Source of the DNA: Candidatus Blochmannia vicinus (nom. nud.)
GTDB taxonomy: Bacteria; Pseudomonadota; Gammaproteobacteria; Enterobacterales; Enterobacteriaceae
DNA: 64,000 nucleotides
Direction of reading: 5' to 3'
Assembly: GCA_030020825.1 (NCBI GenBank)
Contig: CP125213.1
Location: forward strand, 24,379 to 88,378
The stretch's first letter is position 1. Each line of letters opens with the position of its first letter. Positions 52,384 through 63,080 of this stretch are shown here, piece by piece. The notes below the pieces were generated by a model, which was not told the origin of the DNA, ran no database searches, and worked only from the letters and a program-made list of their open reading frames with translations. The translations under genes and the position numbers were made by a program.

Positions 52384-55242
52384 TTAATTTAGATTTAATG
52401 CATCATCAATTATTTTTTTTTGTTGTTGTTGATGTATTGAAAAAAATCCTACTGCAGGCGCAGCAGAATCAGGCCGCCCTATATAATTTAATATGCCATG
52501 TGAAGGCATTATGCTGTAAAGATAATGTTGTATATAATTCCAGGCTCCTTGATTTTTAGGTTCTTCTTGACACCAGGTAAAATTTTTTACATGCAAATAG
52601 GAATTAAGAATAGTCCGTGCATTTTCATAAGGAAAAGGATATAGTTGTTCAATGCGAATAATAGCTATATTATATTGTTTATTTTTACGTCGTTGACTTA
52701 ATAAATCATAATATATCTTCCCGGTGCACATTATCACATGATTGGTTTGATGTGGGATGATATTATTATCTATTTCATTAAACACTGTTTTAAATGATCC
52801 GTGTACTAAATTTTCTAATGAAGTTGTTACCATAGGATGTCTTAATAGAGATTTTGGAGATATAATAATTAGTGGTTTTTTAATACTATATGTTGCTTGT
52901 TGACGTAATACGTGGTAGAGCTGATCTGGAGTAGAAGGTACACAGATATATATGTTATGTTCAGCGCATAATTGTAAATATCGCTCTATTCGAGAAGAAG
53001 AATGTTCTGGTCCTTGACCTTCATATCCGTGAGGTAAAAGCATTACTAATCCACATATTTGACCCCATTTTTGTTCGCTTGAACTAATAAATTGATCAAT
53101 GACGATTTGTGCTCCATTAGAGAAATCTCCAAATTGTGCTTCCCAAATTACTAACATATTATTTGATACACTGGCGTAACCGTATTCAAATGCTAAAGCT
53201 GCTTCTTCAGATAAGACTGAATCCCAGACGAAAAAGGATCCTTTTTCATTTGATTTTTTATTAAAATGTGCTAAGGGAGTATATTTTATGCCATTATTTT
53301 GATCATATATTATAGCATGTCTATGAAAAAATGTTCCTCGCCCAGCATCTTCTCCAGATAAACGAATAGAAATTCCTTGATCTAATAAAGTCGCATATGC
53401 TAGAATCTCTGCCGCTCCCCAATCAAATAATCTATTACCTAACGCCATTTCTATTCTTTCACGGTATATTTTTTCTACTCTAGAATGCATGGTGATACTT
53501 GATGGAATATCGTTGATGCTGTAAGCTAAATTTTTTAAGTATTGGTCATCTATTTTATTAGAATGCAGCGTGGTCTTATTATTATTTAAATTATTTGTGC
53601 ATAGGGAGTTTCGAATATGAATTGGCTGCCATTTTTGTAGAACACAACATTTTTTGTCTAATTTTTCACGATATGCATTAATTATGTTAGAGGTTTCATT
53701 TATATTTAGTATTCCATTTTTATTTAAAATATTGGAATAAATATTAAGTAAAGTTGGATGATTGCGAATTTTTTTATACATAAGAGGTTGAGTGACACTT
53801 GGTTCATCAGCTTCATTGTGTCCATGTCTACGATAACAAATTAGATCAACCATTACATCACGTTTGAAAGTATTACGAAAATTTAATGCAACACGAGTAA
53901 CATAAATAACGGCATCTACATCATCAGCATTAACATGGAAAATAGGAGCTTGAATCATTTTTGCAATATCTGTACAATACTGTGTAGAGCGAATATCGCG
54001 GATATTAGATGTTGTAAATCCTACTTGATTATTGATAATAATATGTATTGTTCCTCCTACGTCATATGCATCAGTTTTAGACATATTAAAAGTTTCTTGA
54101 ACTATTCCTTGAGCACTAATTGCTGCATCTCCATGTATTGAGATTGGAAGTACTATATTATTTTCTTTTTTATTATTGTTATGGTTCGATTTTTTTAGTA
54201 GCTGATCAATTTGTGCTCTAGCGCACCCCATGACTACTGGGCTAACGATTTCTAGGTGAGAAGGATTGCATAATAAAGATAAATGTATGATTTGTTTATT
54301 AACTGTAATATCTGAGTAAAATCCTTGATGATATTTTACATCTCCACTGCCAAATGTAGTTTGGTGTTTATCGGAAAATTCATTAAATAAATCTTTAGGG
54401 TTTTTACCTAAAATATTAATTAAAACATTTAGGCGCCCCCGATGAGCCATTCCTAAAAATATTTCTTGAATATTGTGATGATAAACGGAATAACGTATAA
54501 TTTCTTTTAACATAGGAATTAAAGCATCACCTCCTTCTAATGAGAATCTTTTAACTCCTGGAAATTTTGTTCCTAAATAGCGTTCTATCCCTTCTGCTGC
54601 AATGATTTCTTTAAGAAATTGTTTTTTTTCGTTAGAATTAAAATTGAAAATTCCTGCTGTGGATTCAAAATAATTTTGAATCCACAGCATTGTATTTATA
54701 TCAAGAATATGCATATATTCTATGCCTATAGAGTTGCAATAAGTTTTTTTAAGGAATTGATATATTTCTGACAAAGTCATTGATCCTTTGTTTATCCCAA
54801 AAAGCTTCATATCGAATTTTTTGTGAATATTTTGTAAGGAGAAGTTATAATTTTCTAAGTTTAAAAGATTATTTTCAGATTTATGGTTCCATAATTTTAA
54901 AGGGTCTAATGTAGAATGTTGATGTCCGTATGTTCTAAAAGAGTGTATCAATTGTGCTATCTGTACGTAAGTAATATTGCTACAATACGTATCAGTTGGT
55001 ATGTATGATTCATTAGGTGTAGTATTATTTTTTAGTTGAATATAAGTATTATTTGTTAAATTATCAAAAGATTCGTGTTTAGATTTTTTTTCAATAAATA
55101 ATTGTGTAAAGATTTTTGCCCAACTAGAATCTATAGAATTAGGATTTTTTAAAAAATCCTCATAAATTTGCTCTATGTAAGATTGATTATTTTTTGACAA
55201 ATAAGAAGAATCTAACCAATTTTTTAGTGTGTTATTATGCAT
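52384..55242 (-). CDS. sucA: 2-oxoglutarate dehydrogenase E1
   Basis: RFSLEG, GMAHRGRLN, GDVKYH, HGDAA, YRRHGHNE, WEAQFGDF, LLPHGYEGQGPEHSS. Confidence 0.98.
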   Translation of the reverse strand: MHNNTLKNWLDSSYLSKNNQSYIEQIYEDFLKNPNSIDSSWAKIFTQLFIEKKSKHESFDNLTNNTYIQLKNNTTPNESYIPTDTYCSNITYVQIAQLIHSFRTYGHQHSTLDPLKLWNHKSENNLLNLENYNFSLQNIHKKFDMKLFGINKGSMTLSEIYQFLKKTYCNSIGIEYMHILDINTMLWIQNYFESTAGIFNFNSNEKKQFLKEIIAAEGIERYLGTKFPGVKRFSLEGGDALIPMLKEIIRYSVYHHNIQEIFLGMAHRGRLNVLINILGKNPKDLFNEFSDKHQTTFGSGDVKYHQGFYSDITVNKQIIHLSLLCNPSHLEIVSPVVMGCARAQIDQLLKKSNHNNNKKENNIVLPISIHGDAAISAQGIVQETFNMSKTDAYDVGGTIHIIINNQVGFTTSNIRDIRSTQYCTDIAKMIQAPIFHVNADDVDAVIYVTRVALNFRNTFKRDVMVDLICYRRHGHNEADEPSVTQPLMYKKIRNHPTLLNIYSNILNKNGILNINETSNIINAYREKLDKKCCVLQKWQPIHIRNSLCTNNLNNNKTTLHSNKIDDQYLKNLAYSINDIPSSITMHSRVEKIYRERIEMALGNRLFDWGAAEILAYATLLDQGISIRLSGEDAGRGTFFHRHAIIYDQNNGIKYTPLAHFNKKSNEKGSFFVWDSVLSEEAALAFEYGYASVSNNMLVIWEAQFGDFSNGAQIVIDQFISSSEQKWGQICGLVMLLPHGYEGQGPEHSSSRIERYLQLCAEHNIYICVPSTPDQLYHVLRQQATYSIKKPLIIISPKSLLRHPMVTTSLENLVHGSFKTVFNEIDNNIIPHQTNHVIMCTGKIYYDLLSQRRKNKQYNIAIIRIEQLYPFPYENARTILNSYLHVKNFTWCQEEPKNQGAWNYIQHYLYSIMPSHGILNYIGRPDSAAPAVGFFSIHQQQQKKIIDDALNLN

Positions 55243-55453
55243 TAAAAAAATCCTTATATTCTGTTACATTTATATTTTAATACCTAATGTTTAGTTAATT
55301 AACTTAATCAAGTATTATACTATTAATAAATTAATTCTTAACTACATTAATTGTTATAATCATGCATAGATATTTTGATATTTTCATTAAATTGTTATCT
55401 GTATGTTATTTTAAATCATTTTTATAATTATTATTACTGTTTATTATATTGTG

Positions 55454-56194
55454 TTATGTAATGCCTATTACATCTTTTGCTAACATTCGTTTAATGTGAC
55501 CTATAGCCTTAGCTGGATTTAATTTTTTGGGACATACATTAACGCAATTCATAATATTATGGCAACGAAAAACGCTAAAAGAATCTTTAAAATTCTTCAG
55601 CCTTTCTTTCTGATTGGTATCACGGCTGTCCATTAAAAAACGATATAATGCTAATAATCCAGCAGGCCCGATGAATTTATCTGGATTCCACCAAAAAGAG
55701 GGGCAAGAACTGGAGCAACACGCACATAATATACATTCATAAGATCCATCTAATTTAGATCGTTCCTCTGGAGATTGTAAGTATTCATGTGGTAATTTAG
55801 GTTGTTGATTAGAGTAATCATTAATTAGAAATGGTTGCACTCTTTCATATTGAAGATAAAATTGACTCATATCTACTACCAAATCACGAATTACTGGAAA
55901 CCCAGGTAATGGACGTACTACAATTGTGTTACGATGATTATCATCATATAATTTTGTTAAGGAAGTGATACATGCTAGATTGTTTGTGCCATTTATATTC
56001 ATTCCATCGGAACCACATACTCCTTCTCTGCAAGAACGACGAAATGTTAAAGTTGAGTCCTGTTCTTTTAATTTAATTAAAGCATCCAATAATGTCATGT
56101 TTTTTACATGTAATAAATTAAGAGTATAGTTTTGCATATAGGGACTTTTATTGAATTCAGGATGATAACGATAAATAGAAAATTTAATTTGCAT
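55454..56194 (-). CDS. sdhB: Succinate dehydrogenase Fe-S subunit
   Basis: SCREGVCGSD, CILCACCSSSCP, CHNIMNCVNVCP. Confidence 0.98.
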   Translation of the reverse strand: MQIKFSIYRYHPEFNKSPYMQNYTLNLLHVKNMTLLDALIKLKEQDSTLTFRRSCREGVCGSDGMNINGTNNLACITSLTKLYDDNHRNTIVVRPLPGFPVIRDLVVDMSQFYLQYERVQPFLINDYSNQQPKLPHEYLQSPEERSKLDGSYECILCACCSSSCPSFWWNPDKFIGPAGLLALYRFLMDSRDTNQKERLKNFKDSFSVFRCHNIMNCVNVCPKKLNPAKAIGHIKRMLAKDVIGIT

Positions 56195-56211
56195 ATTTTA
56201 AGACTCTATTT

Positions 56212-57996
56212 TTAATATATACGGATTTTTGGAGGAAAAGGAGAACGAAATTTTGGTTGCATATTTACATTACGGCGAATCATAATGTCATTTTTTGGTA
56301 AATATAACGTATGACATAGCCAATTTTTATCATCACGCATAGGAAAATCATAACGACTATGAGCTCCTCTGCTTTCAGTTCTAAAAATTGAAGCCATGGC
56401 AGTTACATAAGCAGTTTCTAATAAATTATCCAGTTCTAAACATTCAACACGTTGTGTATTAAATGTGTAAGATGTATCGCCTAAAGTAGCATAATTTAAT
56501 CGATTACGTATTTCTTTTAGCTCTGATAAACCTTTCAACATTTTTTCTTTTTCTTTAAAAACAGAAAAATTATTTTGCATACACAATTGTAAATCCTGAC
56601 GTATTGTTACTGGATTTTCTTTTGTTCCTGATTTACTATTATTATTCCAACGAATATAACGGGCTAATGATATTTCTATATCAGAATTGGTAGGGCCACG
56701 AACTGGCCATTCTTCTTCTGACAAGTATGATTGTATATATGTTCCGGTAGCATGTCCAAATACGATCAAATCTAGCAAAGAATTTCCACCAAGTCGATTT
56801 GCTCCGTGTACTGATACGCAAGCAGTTTCTCCAACTGCAAATAAACCTGGTACTGTTGTATCAATTCCTGCATTATTTATAGTGATTACTTCTCCATGTA
56901 CTGTCGTAGGGATACCACCCATCATGTAATGACAAGTTGGAAATACTGGAATTAATTCTTTTACAGGATCTATACAGGAAAAAGTACGTACTAATTCTAA
57001 AATACCAGGTAATCGTAATTCTAGTAATTCTTTGCCCAAATGATCTATCTTTAATTTGACATGTGGTCCGCATGAGCCCGAATAACCTCTGCCTTCTTGA
57101 ATTTCTAGCATAATTGCTCGAGCTACTACATCTCGACCAGCCAAATCTTTCGCTTTAGGAGCATATCGTTCCATAAATCTTTCTCCTAAAATATTTAAAA
57201 GATATCCTCCTTCACCACGACATCCTTCGCTTACTAAAATTCCAACGCCAGCTATCCCAGTAGGATGAAATTGCCACATTTCCATATCTTGAGCAGGAAT
57301 ACCTGCACGCAATATCATTCCAATTCCATCACCGGTGTTTATATGAGCATTGGTAGTGGATTGATAAATACGGCCTCCTCCTCCAGTCGCAAGTACTGTA
57401 GCGCGTGCTTTGAAATATACTAATTCTCCTGTTTCAATAGAAAAGGCAGTACAACCAAGTATTCTCCCGTCTTGGTTTTGTACTAAATCTAATGCGTACC
57501 ATTCTGAAAATATAGTTGTTTTATTTTTTAAATTTTGTTGATATAAAGTATGTAACAATGCATGTCCAGTACGATCAGCAGCTGCAGCAGTACGTGCTGC
57601 TTGTTTTTTGCCATAATATAAGGTTTGTCCTCCAAATGGACGTTGGTAAATACGACCGTTTTTTGATCTAGAAAATGGTAATCCCATATGTTCTAATTCT
57701 AAAACTGCTTTAGGTCCTGTTTTACACATGTATTCAATAGCATTTTGATCACCTATGTAATCAGATCCTTTAATAGTGTCATACATATGCCATTGCCAAT
57801 CATCTTCGTGATTATTACCAAGAGCAACTGTAATTCCTCCTTGAGCCGACACTGTATGTGAACGCGTAGGAAATACTTTAGATATTAGGGCGCAAGAGAA
57901 TCCCATTTTAGAAACTTGCAGGGCAACGCGCATACCTGCTCCGCCAGCTCCAATGACAACAGAAAAAAATTCTTTAACTGGTATATGATGGCGCAT
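56212..57996 (-). CDS. sdhA: Succinate dehydrogenase flavoprotein
   Basis: [16 protein letters not shown] (FAD His), [21 protein letters not shown]. Confidence 0.98.
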   Translation of the reverse strand: MRHHIPVKEFFSVVIGAGGAGMRVALQVSKMGFSCALISKVFPTRSHTVSAQGGITVALGNNHEDDWQWHMYDTIKGSDYIGDQNAIEYMCKTGPKAVLELEHMGLPFSRSKNGRIYQRPFGGQTLYYGKKQAARTAAAADRTGHALLHTLYQQNLKNKTTIFSEWYALDLVQNQDGRILGCTAFSIETGELVYFKARATVLATGGGGRIYQSTTNAHINTGDGIGMILRAGIPAQDMEMWQFHPTGIAGVGILVSEGCRGEGGYLLNILGERFMERYAPKAKDLAGRDVVARAIMLEIQEGRGYSGSCGPHVKLKIDHLGKELLELRLPGILELVRTFSCIDPVKELIPVFPTCHYMMGGIPTTVHGEVITINNAGIDTTVPGLFAVGETACVSVHGANRLGGNSLLDLIVFGHATGTYIQSYLSEEEWPVRGPTNSDIEISLARYIRWNNNSKSGTKENPVTIRQDLQLCMQNNFSVFKEKEKMLKGLSELKEIRNRLNYATLGDTSYTFNTQRVECLELDNLLETAYVTAMASIFRTESRGAHSRYDFPMRDDKNWLCHTLYLPKNDIMIRRNVNMQPKFRSPFPPKIRIY

Positions 57997-58344
57997 CTAC
58001 ACACTCCAAATAATAATTATTCCGAATAATAGGTACATGAATAGTACAGAATTAGTTATCCATATGCTTATTTGTTTTAATACAATTAATTTTATATAAT
58101 CTTCTAAAACATGACGTATGCCAATCCAAGTATGACTTAAAGCAGAAATTAAGGCTATTATGCTAAAAATTTTAGTGATATTTTTGCTAAAAAAATTATA
58201 CCATTCATCATAGGATAAAATGTTAGTAAAAATAATAAAGGTGGATATATACATAATATATAATAATATTAGAATGGCGGAAATCCGAACTAATAACCAT
58301 TCATATACTCCATGACATTTTAAGGTCGATTTAATGGGTACCAT
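57997..58344 (-). CDS. sdhD: Succinate dehydrogenase membrane anchor D
   Basis: Start at MVPIKS (58344), 115 aa; GVYEWLLVR.SA, SHTWIG, LEDYIK. The 169-aa ORF-track entry is an upstream over-extension. Confidence 0.93.
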   Translation of the reverse strand: MVPIKSTLKCHGVYEWLLVRISAILILLYIMYISTFIIFTNILSYDEWYNFFSKNITKIFSIIALISALSHTWIGIRHVLEDYIKLIVLKQISIWITNSVLFMYLLFGIIIIWSV

Positions 58345-58727
58345 ATTAAAATTCCACTTAGAACAGATAACAAAATAGTTAAGGTAAATATAATTTTTAC
58401 GCTTATTTTTCCTATTAGTAGTGTTTGCTCCAAATATCCAAAATCCATTAAAATTTGACGAATGCCAGCAGCTATATGATAGATCGTCACTATTGTAATT
58501 ATCCAAAACAAAAATTTTAAAATATAATAATTCATTAATAAACAGTTATAAATTTTATAAAATTCGTTATTGGAAGATAAAGATAATTTTAACAGCCAAA
58601 GAATTGGTCCAATGATTATGAATAATAAAATTCCCGAGATTCTATGTAAAATGGAAGCAATAGCAGTGATAGGAAATCGTATGGTCCTGATGTTTAAATG
58701 TATTGGTTTTTGATGTTTTTTGATCAT
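58320..58727 (-). CDS. sdhC: Succinate dehydrogenase cytochrome b556 subunit
   Basis: QKPIHLN..TIRFPITAIASILHRISG, YHI..GIRQ..MDFGY. Confidence 0.95.
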   Translation of the reverse strand: MIKKHQKPIHLNIRTIRFPITAIASILHRISGILLFIIIGPILWLLKLSLSSNNEFYKIYNCLLMNYYILKFLFWIITIVTIYHIAAGIRQILMDFGYLEQTLLIGKISVKIIFTLTILLSVLSGILIWYPLNRP

Positions 58728-60289
58728 ATAAATACTCTTAAGTTATATAATGATGAGTTTTATATCTAAAAAATCATACAACAAAAGATAACCAATTATG
58801 TAATAATTGATTATTATTATGATTTATATTGCAAATACAATTTTTTAATAATATATCATTTTTTAACCTGAAATCTTAAGGTTACGTTAATCTCTATCAT
58901 ATTATAACAAATGACAAGCCTATATGTAATACTATATCTTGTATATTATTAACAATTTAATAATATTATAAAATTTGAAATGGATTCAGTTATTTGTTAT
59001 GCTTAAGAAATAATATATTTTACAACAATAAGGTAAGATTAATTATAAATTTTATTTTTAGTCTATATCATAGACTAATTTAGTATTATTGACTTTTTTA
59101 ATATCTACGATACTTCATTGGAAGTATCGTAGATATTAAAAAATGAGGATTATATATATTATTTTGTAAAAAATTGATGTATTTATCAGTCTTCTTAAAG
59201 AGAAGATATATACAGTTTAATAGGATACTAGTGAATAAATAGTTTTGGGCATTTTATTTGGTAATTTCTTTTATACTTATCTATTTTATAGATTTTAAAA
59301 ATTTATTGTTTATGGATGAAAAATTAATTATATCAATAGTAGATTTGTAACGAATAAATAGTATTAATGTATTTCATTAAATTTTTTATAAATTATTAAA
59401 GTTATAGAATCATTAAACACCACAAAATTTGTAATTGTTGTAATGAAAATAAAATGTATTATAAATAGGTTCGTTTAAGAATGTTTTAAGTTTTTATTTA
59501 GTATTAATATTTTTGTTATTTTTTAATACATTAAGTAAAGGTTGTACGTTTTATTTATTCTTAAAAATAAGTTGTTATATTGATTTTAATTGTATAAACG
59601 TTGTATTTTTACCTGTCCATGAATATTATTAATTTGATTATTAATAAATATGTTTATGGTCATTTAAATAGATATATATAGATCATGATTATTTAGTATA
59701 GTGGTTCAAAGCATGTACAATATTATTTATGAAAATAATAATAAATTTATTTATCTATTTATTGAAAATATTATCGATAAAATATGTATGTTTTAATATA
59801 TAGATGTCATTGATTATAGTAATAATTACAGCATTAAGATAGGTTATTTGAATGATTGTATTATATTATATAAAAATTATTTTAGCACTAATTTTTATAT
59901 AAAGATTGTTTTAAAAGATATGGATATTTTAAATATTCATATTTACTATGGTTTCATATAATTAATTTTTATAGGGTGAATAATAGATTTGATAAGAATA
60001 AGAAATGATACTAAAAGATATATATTTTCATAAAAATGAAAATATATATTAATTATGTGTTGTATAATGATTATGGAAAATCAATAAAAATGGCATTAAT
60101 GATTGTTATAATAGCTGAACTTTTATTCCAAAACAATATATGTAAAGAATGGACTACTAAATAGTAAATATCTATGATATAGCAATGACCGGGCGTAAAT
60201 TATTACGTGTGAAGATATTATTGAATAATGATAATAATAGTAACCAATGAATAGTTATTTATTTTAAATCATATGTTATACGCATTTTA
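58728..60289. other. 1.56-kb non-coding AT-rich spacer where E. coli has gltA and neighbours
   Basis: No ORF of 60 aa or more in the ORF track; lies upstream of sdhC, the gltA position in enterobacteria. Confidence 0.6.
59094..59143. terminator. 23-bp perfect hairpin flanked by T6/A6 (bidirectional terminator architecture)
   Basis: ttttttaatatctacgatacttc-attg-gaagtatcgtagatattaaaaaa. Confidence 0.65.
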
Positions 60290-61948
60290 TTAGGATGTAT
60301 TTATTATAGTATAGACGGTGTCTATTATTTCTCTTTCAATTTTTTTTCTATGAGAGACATGTAAAAAACTTTCGCAATAAATTTTATATACTGGCTCCGT
60401 TCCAGATAATCTACATGCTGCCCAGCCGTTTTGAGTTATTATTTTTACACCATCCATGGATATGTGATGTTTTAATGGTATTATATTTAAGATTCTAATG
60501 ATAGGATCGTCCGCTAATTCTGGCATATTAATTTGATTAAACAAAGTATTAGAAATAAGAGATTTTTGTGCGTAATTAATAGGTAATTGAATACGATTGT
60601 AACTAGACATATCAAAATTTTTGATTAGCTGATCATAATACTTCTGTAAAGATTTGCCGCTAACAGCAATAATTTCAGCTGCTAATAAACACATAATAAT
60701 TCCATCTTTGTCAGTAGACCATGGAGAACAAGAAAAATCTAAAAAGGATGCTCCTGCGCTGTCCTCTCCTACAAAACCTAAATAATTATTAAATAATCCT
60801 TTTACAAACCATTTAAAACCCACTGGTACTTCTAATAGTTGACGATTAAGATTATGTGCTACCCGATTGATCATAATACTAGATACATAAGTTTTTCCTA
60901 TAGATAATGAACAATTACACCATAATGGACGATTATTGAAAAGATAATCAGCTGCGATAGTAAGGTAATGATTGGGTTTAATTAGACCAAAAGGAGTAAT
61001 GATGCCATGTCTATCACAGTCGGGATCATTAACTAAAGTTAGGTCAAAATTTTTAGATGATTTTAATACCCCAGTCATTGCAAGTTCCGAAGAGCAGTCC
61101 ATTCGGATACAGCCGTCGTAGTCAAGATGCATAAAACTAAAGGTTTTGTCAATTTTTTTACTGATTAAATTTAAATTTAATTGATAATATTGGGCAATAT
61201 TTTGCCAATAATCTATACTTGATCCACCTAAAGGATGTACTCCTAACTTTAAACCAGATGTTTGTATAGCTTTCATATTAATTATTGTAGATAGTTTTTT
61301 TACATAATTCAAAACAAAATCTTGTGTATGTATATACCCGCTTTTCCAAGCGTTATCTAATGTCATACGATGTACATTTTGTAAATTATTTGTTAGAAAC
61401 TGATTAGCGGTTTGTTCAATTTTACGAGTAATATTAGTAGAAGCTGGCCCTCCATATATTGAGTTATATTTTATTCCACCATCTTCAGGCGGATTATGAG
61501 AAGATGTAATAATAATGCCATCAGCTTTTTTTGTATGATTATTATGATGATTTTTGTTGTATTGAGTAATAGCATGAGAAATAGCAGGAGTTGGAGTATA
61601 ACCGTTTTTTTTTTGTACAATAACGTCAATATAATTAGCTGCTAATACTTCAAGTACAGATATAAATGCTGGTTCGGAAAGAGCATGAGTGTCTTTTCCG
61701 ACGTAACATGGTCCAGTTATACCTTGTTGTGTACGTATTTGTACAATTGACTGACTAATTGCTAATATATGTGCTTCATTAAAGCTGCATTTTTGAGAAC
61801 TTCCGCGATGACCCGATGTACCAAATATAACGTTATGAGTATTATTGCTTGGATCTGGAGATAAAGCGTAATATTGCGTTATTAATCGAGATGTATTAAC
61901 AGTTTCATTCTGTGATGCGGGTTTTCCCGCACGAATGTGATTCTTCAT
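60290..61948 (-). CDS. pgm: Phosphoglucomutase
   Basis: FGTSGHRG, TSSHNPPEDGGIKYN, NDPDCDRHG, GEDSAG, DKDG, R.SGTEP..KIYCESF. Confidence 0.97.
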   Translation of the reverse strand: MKNHIRAGKPASQNETVNTSRLITQYYALSPDPSNNTHNVIFGTSGHRGSSQKCSFNEAHILAISQSIVQIRTQQGITGPCYVGKDTHALSEPAFISVLEVLAANYIDVIVQKKNGYTPTPAISHAITQYNKNHHNNHTKKADGIIITSSHNPPEDGGIKYNSIYGGPASTNITRKIEQTANQFLTNNLQNVHRMTLDNAWKSGYIHTQDFVLNYVKKLSTIINMKAIQTSGLKLGVHPLGGSSIDYWQNIAQYYQLNLNLISKKIDKTFSFMHLDYDGCIRMDCSSELAMTGVLKSSKNFDLTLVNDPDCDRHGIITPFGLIKPNHYLTIAADYLFNNRPLWCNCSLSIGKTYVSSIMINRVAHNLNRQLLEVPVGFKWFVKGLFNNYLGFVGEDSAGASFLDFSCSPWSTDKDGIIMCLLAAEIIAVSGKSLQKYYDQLIKNFDMSSYNRIQLPINYAQKSLISNTLFNQINMPELADDPIIRILNIIPLKHHISMDGVKIITQNGWAACRLSGTEPVYKIYCESFLHVSHRKKIEREIIDTVYTIINTS

Positions 61949-62085
61949 ATAGAGATTTCCTTAATTGATTATTTTAAAAAATAACTGCATATATTGATTA
62001 AATGAGCACTTTTGTATATATATAAATATATGTTGTTTGATTGTGATTAATAAAATATTTAAACATAATTATTATAATATATATT

Positions 62086-62850
62086 ATGCAGCTTAATTAT
62101 AGATTACGAATTTTTAAAACTATATGTCAGAGAATACCAATAGTAATGATCCATGGACTTTTTGGTAATCTTAGTAATCTTGGAGTAATTGCTGAAAGTT
62201 TAGCTCGGTATTGCTGTGTTGTGCAAGTTGATTTACGTAATCATGGTCGTTCTCCCCATGAAAAATCTATGACTTATTCTATAATGGCAAGAGATATTTT
62301 GGACTTACTTGATCAGTTATTAATAAAGAAATGTATAGTTATTGGTCATTCAATGGGTGGAAAAGTTGCGATGAAACTGTGTACGTTGGCACCTACACGT
62401 GTAAGCAAGGTTGTAGTTATTGATATAGCTCCGGTAAAATATAATATCCTCAAGCATGATAATGTTTTTAATGCGATTGAGTGTGTTAATTTATCCGGAG
62501 TAAAAAATAAAGATGAAGCTGCATACCTTATGCAGCAGTATTTTATTGATCAAACATTAATATTATTTCTATTAAAATCTTTCCGTCAAGGATCTTGGAT
62601 GTTTAATTTTTCGTCTATTAGAGATAATTATAAGAATATTAGTGATTGGAATACATACCAAACTTGGTGGGGTCCAATATTATTTATTAAGGGTTCATTA
62701 TCTTCATATATTAATGATTGTTATTTACATGATATATATCATCAATTTCCTCAGGCATGTATTCGTATGATATCTAATGCAAGTCATTGGGTACATTGGG
62801 ATAATCCCTTACATGTATTAAGTACAATTAATGAATTTGTTATTCATTAA
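62086..62850 (+). CDS. ybfF: Esterase YbfF (alpha/beta hydrolase)
   Basis: HGLFG...NL, DLRNHG.SP, GHSMGGK, IDIAP, HWVH. Confidence 0.95.
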   Translation: MQLNYRLRIFKTICQRIPIVMIHGLFGNLSNLGVIAESLARYCCVVQVDLRNHGRSPHEKSMTYSIMARDILDLLDQLLIKKCIVIGHSMGGKVAMKLCTLAPTRVSKVVVIDIAPVKYNILKHDNVFNAIECVNLSGVKNKDEAAYLMQQYFIDQTLILFLLKSFRQGSWMFNFSSIRDNYKNISDWNTYQTWWGPILFIKGSLSSYINDCYLHDIYHQFPQACIRMISNASHWVHWDNPLHVLSTINEFVIH

Positions 62851-62852
62851 TT
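62826..62852. repeat. 11-bp hairpin built into the last codons and stop of ybfF
   Basis: aattaatgaat-ttgtt-attcattaatt spans codons INEFVIH*. Confidence 0.55.
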
Positions 62853-63080
62853 TTGGTAGATATCTAAATATATATATTTGACTTTACCGTTTCGTTGCAA
62901 AGATTTAATTTAATTATAAATACTGATATAAGTAATTATTGAATTGATTAGATATTGTATTAATGGTATTATGCAGAATTACAGCAATATTAATACTTTA
63001 ATGTTGTAGGGTTAGGTACGTGATTAATTTGATAATAGAGAAACGTATTTGTGTACAAATAAATATAAGGTTGGAATATT

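Noticed and set aside
7162-57073. Numerous 60-150 aa ORFs antisense to or nested in core genes (e.g. 7162, 9365, 14438, 20593, 24221, 32653, 33429, 39143, 48949, 51326, 56687)
   Set aside because: These are shadow ORFs expected opposite conserved coding sequence; none resembles a known family.
58345-58506. N-terminal extension of SdhD to 169 aa in the ORF track
   Set aside because: It lies inside sdhC in another frame; the ATG at 58344 gives the canonical 115-aa protein.
60181-60246. Relatively GC-rich patch with a 21-codon ORF (MTGRKLLRVK...) in the sdhC-pgm spacer
   Set aside because: I could not match it to gltA, nei, ybgI or any other expected lost gene; too short to call without a search.
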